From contig OY740807.1 of assembly GCA_963514005.1 (NCBI GenBank), positions 18,724,001 through 18,788,000 on the forward strand: a stretch of 64,000 nucleotides of DNA, given 5' to 3'. Both the position numbers and the translations under genes were made by a program. Shown here one piece after another: positions 39,575-51,789 of the stretch; the first letter of the stretch is position 1; every line of letters begins with the position of its first letter. The notes under the pieces were generated by a model. The model was not told the origin of the DNA and did not search any database. It worked only from the letters and a program-made list of their open reading frames with translations. Source of the DNA: Raja brachyura (lineage: Eukaryota).

Positions 39575-39885
39575 AGTGGATGTGGAGAGGATATTTCCAC
39601 TGGTGGAAGAGTCTAGGACTTGAATTAAAGGACACTCTTTTAAGAAGGAGACGGGGAGAAATTTATTTAGTCAAAGGGTGGTGAATCTGCAGAATTCTTT
39701 GCTACAGAAAGCTGTGGAGGCAGTCAGTGGATATTTTTAAGGCAGTGATAGATTCTTGATTAGTACAGTGTCCGTGGTTATGGGAAGAATGCAGGATGGG
39801 GTTAGGAGGGAGAGCTAGATCAGCCATGATTGAATGGCGGAGTAAACTTGATGGGCCGAATGGCCTAATTCCACTCTTATCTGTT
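39575..39885 (+). mobile_element. CR1 LINE 3' fragment
   Basis: gtggatgtggagaggatatttccactggtgg...gatgggccgaatggcctaattcc. Confidence 0.8.
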
Positions 39886-40635
39886 ATAACATGACATCGC
39901 TATCACTCGTCCTGTGTGGGGAACAGGCAGGAAATGAATGTGCAAACTGCTTGGGCTCTGACTTAGCCAAAATATTTTCAAGTGCAAGAGTTGTCTGTCA
40001 AAGAGGCAACGTTACTGCGAGGGGTTTCTTGCCGGTTTGTCAACAGGACATGAATGGAGTAGTGACAGTAACAGTGAGCTGATAAAGAAACGCCAGGGGA
40101 GAGCATGCACAGGGCAGAGCTTCCTATTTGTACACAGATGCGCCCAATATCAGACGGCAATCACCAATCAGTCCTTCTCTGGGGTGGATGGGGGCGAGGG
40201 GGGGGGGGAAGGGAGCAAGGAGAGGGCGGTGGCAGCGTAAAAACAAGACTTAACAGATGGTGGATCTCGCTCTCAGAAATAACTCGAGTGAAGCCTGCAA
40301 AGGAAGAATGCGAGCAGTGCCAGTGCAGGCAATGATCCGCTATCGCACCTCCCCATCTACAGACTACAGCTGCATCAAGTCATTAACAGAAGTGAAAGAT
40401 AACAATAGCATTTACTGTGCAGAAGTGCCGCCTCTGGGCTCTTGAATTTTACAATGCTAAACAGCTCAACCTCTTGTTTTTGGACATGTGTTTACCCAAG
40501 TTAAAATGATCGCTATCACAGCGCAAGAAGGCAGCGTTGTGACCTCCACCAGGTCTCCCGTTACCAGCGTAACCGGTGAAGGGTCCAGGCCTGAAACATT
40601 GGGCATCCATTTCCTCCACAGATGCTGCCCGATCT

Positions 40636-40771
40636 TCTTCTTCTTTCGTGTGGCTTGCACAGCCTAAAGTTGTTGGACAACTTGTTCTATTTGATCTTCT
40701 GTTTGTGCACGTCGAGTTGATTGCATTGGTGGAAACAGGGCGGACCACGTGAAGGTTGCAATCTTCCACCC
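40636..40771 (-). mobile_element. HDV-ribozyme-headed short retroelement, copy 3, nested in a Penelope-like fragment (~40575-40845)
   Basis: 12-bp TSD gctgcccgatct / gctgcctgatct (11/12); minus strand GGGTGG AA GATTGCA ACC TTCACGT GGT CCGCCCT GT TTCCA CCAA TGCAATC ... gaaagaagaaga. Confidence 0.85.
40719..40771 (-). ncRNA. Minimal HDV/CPEB3-like ribozyme (predicted; first P1 G absent)
   Basis: Perfect P2 and P3, L3 TTCACGT, J4/2 CCAA; same strand as the SERCA pre-mRNA. Confidence 0.7.
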
Positions 40772-41144
40772 GCTGCCTGATCTGCTGAGGTCCTGTAACA
40801 CTGGGTTTTTTTCTCGTGCTTCCAGCATCTGCAGAATCTGGTGTCACGATTACCTGATAGTATTACAGCAAGGCTGGCTGAACAAGTGAGAAACCACATC
40901 TAATTCTATTCTGAGGCCCAGTCTCAGATCGTAGCTGGCATCTAAACCCTCCCCAACCAAAGAGCTGGTGGTCAGCTTTAATTGGGCGTGCACGTTTCAG
41001 ACCTTGCAGTTTTTCAGCCATAAGGTGCTTTTGAAGTGTAGTGTGTGGGCACGCCTGGCAGGATCTCACAAACAGTAATTCGACAGTCGCTGGATCATCT
41101 GTTTCCACAATATTGTGTTGAGGTACACATTAAGCTCGGCATAA

Positions 41145-41458
41145 ATGGTGGAGCCACTGCCTAACAGTGCAGAGACCCAGGTTCAACCCTGCCCTCCGGT
41201 GCTGTCAGTGAGGAGTTTGCAGGTTCTCCCGGTGATCCTGTGCATTTCCCCTGGGTACTCCAGTTTCCACCCACACCCTACAACACAGGGGTTGGTGGCT
41301 TGAGTGGCCGCTGTAAAATGTCGGAGTGTGTAGGCGAGTAGTAGAATCTGGAGGATTCGAAAGGATCGTGACGAGAATAACATGAACAGGATGATTGCAA
41401 AATGGGTGGGTGTTGGTCAGCGCGGACATGGTTGGCGGAAGGTGCTGTGTGACTCTGC
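41145..41458 (+). mobile_element. HE1/V-SINE-like SINE (diverged)
   Basis: agagacccaggttcaaccct...ggagtttgcaggttctcccggtga core. Confidence 0.65.
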
Positions 41459-42020
41459 AAAACATTACCCCAGCTCTTTAAAATGTGCCATAGGACAGTG
41501 GACAAGGCTTGAGCTTAATCTCATCAGTATGATAATGTCTTTTTCTGCAACACTGACTGTGCTGTATTATCTGGAAAGAAACCGAGAGCCCATTCTAATA
41601 TGCAATGTGCCACTGCAGCAACAGAGACTCCTCAGGTGATTATTCTGCCCTTTTAAAAAGTGCCAAGCGCATTTCACGCACAATCCTCATGACTAAGAGC
41701 GGTTCATCCCATTAGCCTTGGCTGAAAGGACAAGGAAGCGCCGCAGAAAGTGCTATCATTCACCCTCCGCACAGCAAGGGGCCAGTAACAAGGCACCAAG
41801 TGTCCTGAACTTGCTGCCCCAGGCCTCACAACCTGCCCAGCAAAACCCTGCAGTCCTTCACAGCAGCTCCGCCAAGGCCAAGGCAACCTCACCACGCGTA
41901 GCACCAGAACTAACCAAAGCGCTGGCGGCGTTCTCCAACCCTGGCCACGCACAAGTGAAAGATCCCATCCTTCCTTCATTCTTCCATTTGCTGAATGTGA
42001 CAGAAGCCCGCGGCATGGAA

Positions 42021-42318
42021 CAGCACTGTTGGGCAGCGGTAGAGTTGCTGCCTTACGGCGCCAGAGACCTGGGTTGGATCCCGACTACAGGTGCAGCATG
42101 TACAGAGTTTGAATGCTCTCCCCATGACCGCGTGGGCTTTCCCTTACTGTTCCAGGTTCCTCCCGCACTCCAAAGAACTACAGGTTTGTTGGTTAATTGG
42201 CTTCGATAAAAATTGTAAATTGTCCCTCGTGTGTAGGATAGTGCTGGTGTACGGGGATCGCTTGCCCACAAACACTCGGTGGGCCCAAGGGCCGGTTTCC
42301 GCGCTGTATCTCTAAACC
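42021..42318 (+). mobile_element. HE1/V-SINE-like SINE
   Basis: Head, core and tail gccggtttccgcgctgtatctctaaac. Confidence 0.85.
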
Positions 42319-45224
42319 AAACCCACTTGACCTCCAGTGAATGCCAGCACATGACCACTCAACCCATCAAACATCTCCAACCATTTTAACAAATACTCAA
42401 ACCGAGTCACTTTGAATCCACAGCTGGTGGTTTTGCCCCCCCCCCCCACACATCATCTACAGTCAAGATGTCACTCTGTCTATCCCACCCCTCTGCCAGA
42501 ACTTCTCATCACCACCAAACTCAAGAAGAGACTCCCAATTTCTTACCCGGGGCGGACCCAGTAGGCTGGAGAACTATCACGATGCCACAGAAAATCTAAA
42601 GTAAAGTGCTGGAAATGCTCCAATTTAGGATGGTTACAATTAAAAGGCAGACTGATCCTCCTTTCTCCTCGGGTGCGGCCAAAACTGCCACGTATTAGCC
42701 ACAGTGTTTGATCCAGCACAGCAGAGCAGGGAAGGGTGGGAAATGAGATGGGGTGGGGGGGGGAAGAGGAGGACAACATTAATTCAGTAACAAGATGGGA
42801 GAAGGGTTGCACTTAAATATCAGTCAGGTGGAGGCACAAAAGGATTAACCATGAATCAGGCTTAGTAATGGAGGTATTAGTTGCTTGCTAACAATGGTGG
42901 CGTGGCCCCCGTGCAGGTTAAGAACATAAATACAGGAGGGTCACTAAACAATCAAACCCATTCTTTGCCAAGGGTGCGGTGGGGATATGGAAGGTGCCGC
43001 CACGTGGAACCGTTGAATCAGAGAGCACTTGTGTATTCATGGGGAAGCTTGACATACAATGATTGATGCAGTGGGAGAGTTACAAAGGAGAGTGTGCACA
43101 CAGGTAACCTAGGCGGGGCACCTCACTAAATATAAGCACCGGCTGGGGAAGTATTCCGTTTGATCTCTGCCACTATGCCATCAATGTGTACTGGAATTAT
43201 TGACTCATATCTCCAATGCACTGGGTGGGACAATGAGGTGCGGAGCAGGGCTGAAGTGGGATGGCAAGGTAGAAATGGGGCAAATTAATGCTTTCCAGGG
43301 CATCGCCTGCCATCAGGTGATAATCTGTTTCTTGAAGGGATAGATGGTCACTGCACCAGGACCTCATGCTCCACGGTTCCCAACTTCATAGGTTATAGGA
43401 GCAGAGTTGGGCCATTCAGCCCATCAAGTCTACTCCACCATACAATCATGGCTGATCTATCATTCCCTCTTAACCCACTTCTCCCCCATAACCCCCGACA
43501 CCTGCACTAATCACACTGGTCAAAGAAAAAAGTGGCCTGAAGTCAACAGCAAACCTTCCTGCAGGAAAATGCGTTCTTTGCATACCCACAGCTCCCATGC
43601 AGAGTATTGCAGCTTTCAATCTGCATTGACAGGCAATGCTGTAAATGCTGCTGCATTTGGTAAATCCCCCTCTGGCCGATCAGTAAATGCATGGTTACCA
43701 ATTGCCAGCCAAGAGCTAGAGCTGCTGATGCTACTTGCTTCATTGGTGCCTTTGACTTGGAGGGATTTAAATCAGCAGAGCAGCGTTTCTGACCAGGAAC
43801 TATTCAGCAACTCCACATGGGGGGGGGGGGGGGGGGGGGGGGGGGGGAGGAAGAAAGGGTACAAGCAAGTTGCCCTCGTGGCCAAACAGCCAACCAATGT
43901 CAACGACCTAGGGACCATCATGAAAGTCACTCGGACAGCTTTCACAATCTTCTATTGACTCACCCAGAAACAGTCAGCACCTTGAAAGGGACAACTCCTA
44001 GGCGAGGGAAACCAGTGTGTCAGCATGTACTCATTTCACACATCTCTGCCTAGTGTTCTTTACTCTGACAGCTTTCACTTGATGGACGGTGCTATTCATC
44101 TCACTGCATTTTGGACAAGGAGTTTCATATTCCATCAGTCGGTGGTGTCTCCCGATTCCCCCAATGGATTTATTTTTCATTTATAGCGCCACTTCCCCAC
44201 TCTCTCTTAAAACATTCAAATCCCTTCGCAACTACTATCCTAGATCAAATCACCCCGGTCTTTTATCTGGTGGGAACATCCTTGAACTGTTCAGAATTTC
44301 TTGTTGGTCACAATCCCGCTGTTTTGGGATTATCTATGCCAATGTCTTCAAACAGGAGAGAAGAGCCACAACATTGTGGGCTCTTTGGCCGTCAGTTCCG
44401 GCTGCGATTTGCTCTGTGCCTTTTCACACATCTTGTTTCCCTCTCCCTGACCCTCAATCTGAATCTCGACCCGAAACATCACCTATTTTTTTTTCCTCCA
44501 GAGATGCTGTCTGACCAGCTGAGTAACTCTGGTACTTTGCGTCTATCTACTAGTAATCAGATCTGGTCATCAATGGTATTCTGTGGAAGAAAGATTAGCA
44601 CCCAGCAGATTCCATGTGGTGGTCAGTGAGAAGGTGTGCAATTAAGCTAGAAGGTTACCCGGTGGGAAGGAGGAGAGAAAGGGAAGAAGGGGTCATGCCA
44701 ACTCATCACAACCTGAGACTCCGACCCGCAACAGGTTCGCGGGAAGTAACCCATCAGTTCCAATTGGTAGATGCCGAGAAATTGTGAGCAGTGTGTCATT
44801 CCCCCTAGATGAAGGATTCTTGTTGCATGCCCAATGTTCTGGCAAGGTATAAGTGCGGCACACAGAGTGACACAGCCAATGAGCAGTCACTTGATTGCAT
44901 CCGAGTCATCCTTTGGCCCAATTGCAAGCATTACTGGCAGAGAGTGAATGAGGACGGAGTGTCATGCTCGTTGGGTTTGCGATAATTACCACTGCGGGTG
45001 GCAGCTTGATTGAAAATAAAGAGAGTTTGCTAAATAACTTCATTACATAATTGATTTCAGGACCCCTGAAGGCACAAGCTTAGGATCGAACAGAAGGGAG
45101 TAGAATTGAGAAGTTAGCAAAGAGGAATGAGAGAGCGCATCAGTTTTCATGGCCGTCACCATGAACTGCTTTGAGGGACCGGTGATGGCAACATTAACTC
45201 CAGCCTTCCAGCCAGACTTTACCC

Positions 45225-45910
45225 ACTGCACTTTGCTTCCCGTCGCAAGTTCTCATTTCCATAGCAACAACCATCTCCCTGACCCTAAACTCATCTCTGG
45301 AACATGTAGACAATGAGGACTCCAATCTTAAATTCCTATTTATTGACTATAGCTCTCCTTCGATGCCATCCAAACTCTGCAAACTAATTTCCAGCTCCCC
45401 CCTCTGCTACTGGATCCTTGACTTTCACTGACCTCAGTGAGGACCAGAGACAACACCTCCTCGACAATAACTATCAACACTAGCGCCCTGCAAGGATGCA
45501 TGCTCAGCTCCCACTTCACACTCACCACCAAACGGCCAAATTCAGCTCTAAATCCATCTGCAAGTTTGCAGATATCATCGTTGTGGTGGATTGAATCTCA
45601 AACAATGATGAGATGGAGTATAGGAAGGAGATAGACAACTTAATGACATGATGTCAGGGCAACAACCTCTTGTCAGGCTTCTGAATGGTCCTACCATAAG
45701 CTAGGGTACTGTTTGATTCACCTCTACCCCATTGGACTCTGTTTAAGGAACTGTCGGGCGACAATGTTGATAACGATATTCTGCACTCTATCTTCCCCTT
45801 TGCTCTATTGCTCCACTGATCGTGTCTATGAATGGTATATCTGATCTGTTTGGATAGCAGGCAAAACAAAGCTTTTCACCGTACAAAGGTACATGTGCTA
45901 ATAATTACCT
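45225..45910 (+). mobile_element. Rex1/Babar-like LINE, degraded RT and 3' end
   Basis: TSSTITINTSALQGCMLS remnant (ORF 45437-45634), KFAD remnant (caagtttgcagat), and the aaagcttttcaccgtac...aataa 3' end. Confidence 0.6.
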
Positions 45911-46663
45911 AAACCAGTAAATGCCATGTTCAAACTTGGGCTGGACAGGAGAACAGAGTAACATTGTCCCTTAATGAATCTTTCAAAGGGACCAAGGTTG
46001 GTCCTTCCATTCCAGGCAATGTTAATTCATCACCAACGTCCTTCAAAGTCATATCATAAGACAACCCCCCACCACAGCCCTGTGACTGAAGACTGGACAC
46101 ATCTCCATCCTGCATGGTGGGGTTCAGAGGGTTCTGCTAAGGCACTAATGCTAGCAATGCAGAGATGGTGGCTTCAGATTCACGCACAGATTCCAAAGCT
46201 GATTTCACCAAGTCTTGTCGTTCGCAAGCAGGAACAAGAAAAAGCAAATGACCGAGTCATAAAGTCTTAGAATCATAGTCACACAGCATGGAAACAGGCC
46301 CTTCAGCCCAACTTGCCCACGCCGATCATCTGCACCAGCCCCATCTGCCTGTGTTTGGCCTATATCCCTCTAAACCTATCTTTTGTAAATATTTGGACAG
46401 TACCCGACTGGATAATTGATAACATTTAGTTCAGCAAAGGAAGTCATTACCTCTCCCCCACCAGTTCCATCCACACAGATGCCTCACTGACCCATTCCAT
46501 TGCTTGGTTAATATGAAGAGGTACTAACTATATCTCGGCTGTCATTCACTCCGGGCCAGTCTGCAACACCGAGGCACACCAGAGCATTCGCCGATCCACA
46601 GAGCACCACCATGTTGTGCAGCTCACCAGAAATTTCAGGGGACAACCTTGAGGCCAAGGGTCA

Positions 46664-47072
46664 TTGGAATTTAGAAGGATGAGCGGGGGGATTTATAGAA
46701 TCATATCAATTATAAAAGGACTAGACAAGCTAGAAGCAGGAAAAATATTCCCAATGGTGAGGGAGTCCAGAACCACGGGCCACAGTCTAAGAATAAAGGG
46801 GAGGCCATTTAAAACTGAGATGTGAAAAAAACATTTTTACCCCGAGTTGTGAATTTGTGAAATTCTCTGCCACAGAAGGCAGTGGAGGCCAATTCACTGA
46901 ATTTAAAAGAGTTAGATAGAGCTCTTGGGGGGCTAGCGGAATCGAGGGGCATGGGGAGAAGGCAGGCAGAGGTTACTGATTGTGGATGATCAGCCATGAT
47001 CACAATGAATGGTGATGCTGGGTTGAAGGGCTGAATGGCCTCCTCCTGCACCTATTTTCTATGTTTCTATGG
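46664..47072 (+). mobile_element. HER1/CR1 LINE 3' fragment
   Basis: tggaatttagaaggatgag...cctcctcctgcacctattttctatgtttctatg. Confidence 0.85.
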
Positions 47073-47775
47073 TTATAGTGCAAATACTTCAATACACACA
47101 AGCAAATAGAAGTGCAGTGTAGCTGAGATGGTGCATTTGCAGTGATGCTGTACATGGCTCCCAATAAATTAGAGCAAGCTCCTGAATTCTTCATTTTCTC
47201 ATCAAATCACAAGGTACATTTATGTATTACCCGTAACATTAAAAAAACCAGGCCACTTCACATGAGCTTCATCAAAGACGATCCGACTGAGCAACCAAAT
47301 TAAATTGCTAGATTGTTACCCTGGGCATCACGGATTACAGAATCAAGGCAGGTAGGTGGAATTGGGATACAAATCAGTGTCATCCAATGTGTAGGCAGGA
47401 ACAGATGCTGGTTTAAACCGAAGACAGACACAAAAAGCTGGAGTACCAACGTTAATTATTAAACAGATCCCAGGGCTGATGGTCTGATCCTGAATGGATC
47501 AGTTGCAGTTCAGAAGCTGTGGGAACATTCATGACTTTGGGAAGCTGGTGAGAGTTTAAACAGGTTCTATTTGTGGTCCACCTCGCCAGGCACGCTCCTC
47601 ACTCCCCCATATGTAATGGAGCTTTCAGGCGTATGGTCAGCATATTGACCGTACTGTTTCAGCTTCCGTTGAGCAGCTGAGATCGGTGCGTTTCGGTCAT
47701 GCCCTCCATTAGAAGAGAACGTATGGACTTGAGGAAAACTCCACAGAGAAGCAGATCCAAGGCTCACAAAGATAA

Positions 47776-47960
47776 TGTAGGAAGGAACAGCAGATGCTGG
47801 TTTAAACTAAAGGTAGGCACAAACAGCTGGAGTAACCCAGCAGGTCAGGCAGCATCCCTGGAGCAAAGGAACAGGCGACGTTTCAGGTTGGGATCCTTCT
47901 TCAGACTTATACCAGTGATGCTGCCTGACCCGCTGAGTTACTCCAGCTTTGTCTACCTTC
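47776..47960. mobile_element. Penelope-like fold-back fragment
   Basis: Minus-strand hammerhead-like agtctgaagaaggatcccaacctgaaacgtcgcc, then an inverted gatgctgcctgacccgctgagttactccagc. Confidence 0.7.
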
Positions 47961-48401
47961 ATTCACAAGAATAAGATGGAACCATCTGCATGACACGCAC
48001 TTTCCCAGAGTTAGTTTAGCTGAACAATTCCCATTCCTCTGAAGTTGGAACTGCGAAGTTCGCCGGCTGCTCTTCCCAGGCTAATAAACATGCACTCACT
48101 AAACGCAGCTTCCGACTTCAGTCACGTCCTTTAAATTACAAAGCAAGATGAAAGAGGATAAAGCGGGAACAAAAGCCCGGGCAATGGAGCTCATGTTCAG
48201 CTCCGTGCGTCAGACAAGAGTTTCTTCTTTCTCATGAACCTCGGACAAAAATTCCCATAACCCCAGGGTCCCTTCATGCATTTTGTTTTAGTTTAGAGTT
48301 TTGCTGCTGTTAACCCTTTCACGTGCAGTTTTAGCACAAAATATATAGTCAGATGCCAATCAAAAAAGTGGCAGTGGGCTGGAGATGGATGAGCTTTCTT
48401 A

Positions 48402-48617
<216 letters not shown>

Positions 48618-49244
48618 TCAATCTGGCAGAGGCAAGCAAACTGACTCACTGTTTGAATCTTTCATCCAAATACACTGAGAACGACAAAACTCAAAACGGG
48701 CCTAGAATCCAGTGGGTGGCAAGTGCAGCAACTAGGGAGAGAAAGAGGTCATCGGCAAGGGTGCCAGTCTGAACGGTCGATCCACAACAATTGAGGTCAG
48801 TAAATAGATCCCATCACAAAAGCCACAGGAGAGCTAAAGAATGGGTGGAGGCTGTTGGAGTCATGAATCTCACTGAGTGTAAGGGTGGCTCAGCCGGTTC
48901 CACTCTCATGCCCTCTACTCTTACGCACGGGTCCTTATCCAGTTCCCCTGAATGTGCCCTTGCATCTCCGTCCATTATTCCCTCACTCAAATGCTAAACA
49001 CGTTGATTTATTCTCCAATCACTTTCATTCCACGTCCACTGGCTCTTCACCCCACCATTAATAGAAAGTGTGTCTCTCTCCATTTGCTGTTTCTATACTT
49101 GTTGTTGTAAAACCCTTGATCAGATCACCGTAAACCTTCTCTGTGGCAAAGAGAACAACCCTAGCTGCTCCAGTCTTTCCACACAACTCCAGTCCCCCTT
49201 GAATCACTTGAAATCTAACCTGTACCTTCTCAAATGGCTTTATA

Positions 49245-49861
49245 AGGATTTGAGTATAGGAGCAGGGAGGTTCTACTTCAGTTGTATAGGGTCTTGGTGA
49301 GGCCACACCTGGAGTATTGTGTACAGTTCTGGTCTCCAAATCTGAGGAAGGACATTATTGCCATAGAGGGAGTACAGAGAAGGTTCACCAGATTGATTCC
49401 TGGGATGTCAGGACTGTCTTATGAACAAAGACTGCATAGACTCGGTTTATACTCTCTAGAATTTAGGAGATTGAGAGGGGATCTTATAGAAACTTACAAA
49501 ATTCTTAAAGGGTTGGACAGGCTAGATGCAGGAAGATTGTTCCCGATGTTGGGGAGGTCCAGGACAAGGGGTCACAGCTTAAGGATAAGGGGGATATCCT
49601 TTAGGACCGAGATAAGAAGGAATTTTTTCACACAGAGAGTGGTGGGTCTCTGGAACTCTCTGCCACAGAGGGTAGTTGAGGCCAATTCATTATTTAAGAG
49701 GGAGTTAGATGTGGCCCTTCTGGCTAAGGGGATCAGAGGGTATGGAGAGAAGGCAGGTACGGGATACTGAGTTGGATGATCAGCCATGATCATATTGAAT
49801 GGCGGTGCAGGCTCGAAGGGCCGAATGGCCTACTCCTGCACCTAATTTCTATGTTTCTATC
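49245..49861 (+). mobile_element. HER1/CR1 LINE 3' fragment, young
   Basis: Open ORF 49282-49770 YRVLVRPHLEYCVQFWSP...RRLRGDLIETYKILKGLDR...RTRGHSL...FFTQRVV.LWNSLP with the canonical tail. Confidence 0.92.
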
Positions 49862-51252
49862 TTTCCTGGTGCGCACATAATTCTGCACTCCACGGCTGCA
49901 TTTGTACAGCAGAGATTCCTTCTCCTTATACTCCCACCACATCCATCTATATGTCCCCCCATTTCCCTTACATCCCACCTCTTTCCCCTCGTCACCCACA
50001 TACCTTCACTCCTCTTCTTTCCTTATTTGACACCAATGCGTCTCCTTTTCAACTCTAGCCTCTAACTAGCTCCACACATCTACCCAAGAGCTCCACCTAA
50101 CCTTTATCCACCTATCACTTGCCAGGCTTTGCCCACCCCCACCACTTTTCCTCCCACATCAAAAGATGTGCTGGTTTGTAGGTTAATTTGCCTCTGGAAA
50201 TTGTCCCCAGTGTGTAGGGAGTGAAGGCAAAAACAAAAGCAATGTGAACGGGTGGTTGTCAGCTGGCCAAAGGGCCGGTCGCCATGCTGTATCTTTCAAT
50301 TAATCAACCCTTTTTATCCCAACGGGTATTAATCTTGATCACAAGCTTTTATGGTACATTTCCCAAGCACTTGCTTCAACTCAAGTCACCACCCATCTTG
50401 TTCAATGGCCCTCTTACTTAAAAAGTAATGCTAGTTGAACAGGATTCGCCTTCGACAAATTCATGTTGACTTTCCTTAATCAACCCACACCTATCCAGTG
50501 CTCAAAGCATTCCCACGCTGACATATGCTTAGAAGATAATGACTCGGGCTGCTGCAATTTCCACTTTGTTCTCTCCACATCCCCCACATGCCAGCTGATT
50601 TGTTAACCATCGGAGATCTATCGAGTGCTCGCTCTTACTTGTGATCCAGCAAGACACGCTAGAAGATCATGCAATGGCCCTTCAAGTCGTAGTGGGAACA
50701 AGCTCTGCAGCAGAGCTTGCAGCCGGTTTGATCGCAGTTCACACCAGAATTGTCATTGAGGGAGGCCAGTGGTTGGAGACGGGAGAAGGGAGAAGTAGGC
50801 ATTTCAAAGAATATTAATCCAACTTAAGAGCGCTTTGGACAAAATACAGTAAACTCTGATCATTGGTGACCACAGATCACTGCCAGAGGAAGCTTTAGAA
50901 GCATGTTGCTGCCAGAGGACAGGTACAAGGATGTCTTTCAAAAGATATGTGGACACATATGGATAGGAAAGGTTTAGAGGGTTGTGGGCCAAATTGCAGG
51001 CAAATGGGACCAGCCCAGAAAGCAGACTTGGTCAGCATGGACAAGGTAGGCCGAAGGGCCTGTTTGTGGTGATGCATAGCTCGGTGAGTGAGTTAATCCT
51101 CAAGATTCAGTATCAGGCTCACCAGGTAAGTAACCTCATACTCATTTAGTTTAGAGATAGTGATCCCCACATTAACTCTAGCAGAGTTGTTACTGCAGCT
51201 CTCATTCCAGCAGAAACCCTGCATGTTGTAGTGTTAACATGACTCAAGTTCC

Positions 51253-51789
51253 CCCTCTGCCCCTCTCCCTCCCTCTCTGCCCCTCTCCCTCCCTCTCTGC
51301 CCCTCTCCCTCCCTCTCTGCCCCTCTCCCTCCCTCTCTGCCCCTCTCCCTCCCTCTCTGCCCCTCTCCCTCCCTCTCTGCCCCTCTCCCTCCCTCTCTGC
51401 CCCTCTCCCTCCCTCTCTGCCCCTCTCCCTCCCTCTCTGCCCCTCTCCCTCCCTCTCTGCCCCTCTCCCTCCCTCTCTGCCCCTCTCCCTCCCTCTCTGC
51501 CCCTCTCCCTCCCTCTCTGCCCCTCTCCCTCCCTCTCTGCCCCTCTCCCTCCCTCTCTGCCCCTCTCCCTCCCTCTCTGCCCCTCTCCCTCCCTCTCTGC
51601 CCCTCTCCCTCCCTCTCTGCCCCTCTCCCTCCCTCTCTGCCCCTCTCCCTCCCTCTCTGCCCCTCTCCCTCCCTCTCTGCCCCTCTCCCTCCCTCTCTGC
51701 CCCTCTCCCTCCCTCTCTGCCCCTCTCCCTCCCTCTCTGCCCCTCTCCCTCCCTCTCTGCCCCTCTCCCTCCCTCTCTGCCCCTCTCTC
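51253..51789. repeat. Perfect 20-bp minisatellite (ccctctccctccctctctgc) x ~26.5
   Basis: 26 identical units at 51261-51780 plus partial flanking units. Confidence 0.97.

Noticed and set aside
49282-49770. 162-aa ORF as a host gene
   Set aside because: It is the C-terminal part of a CR1 LINE ORF2 in a 5'-truncated copy.
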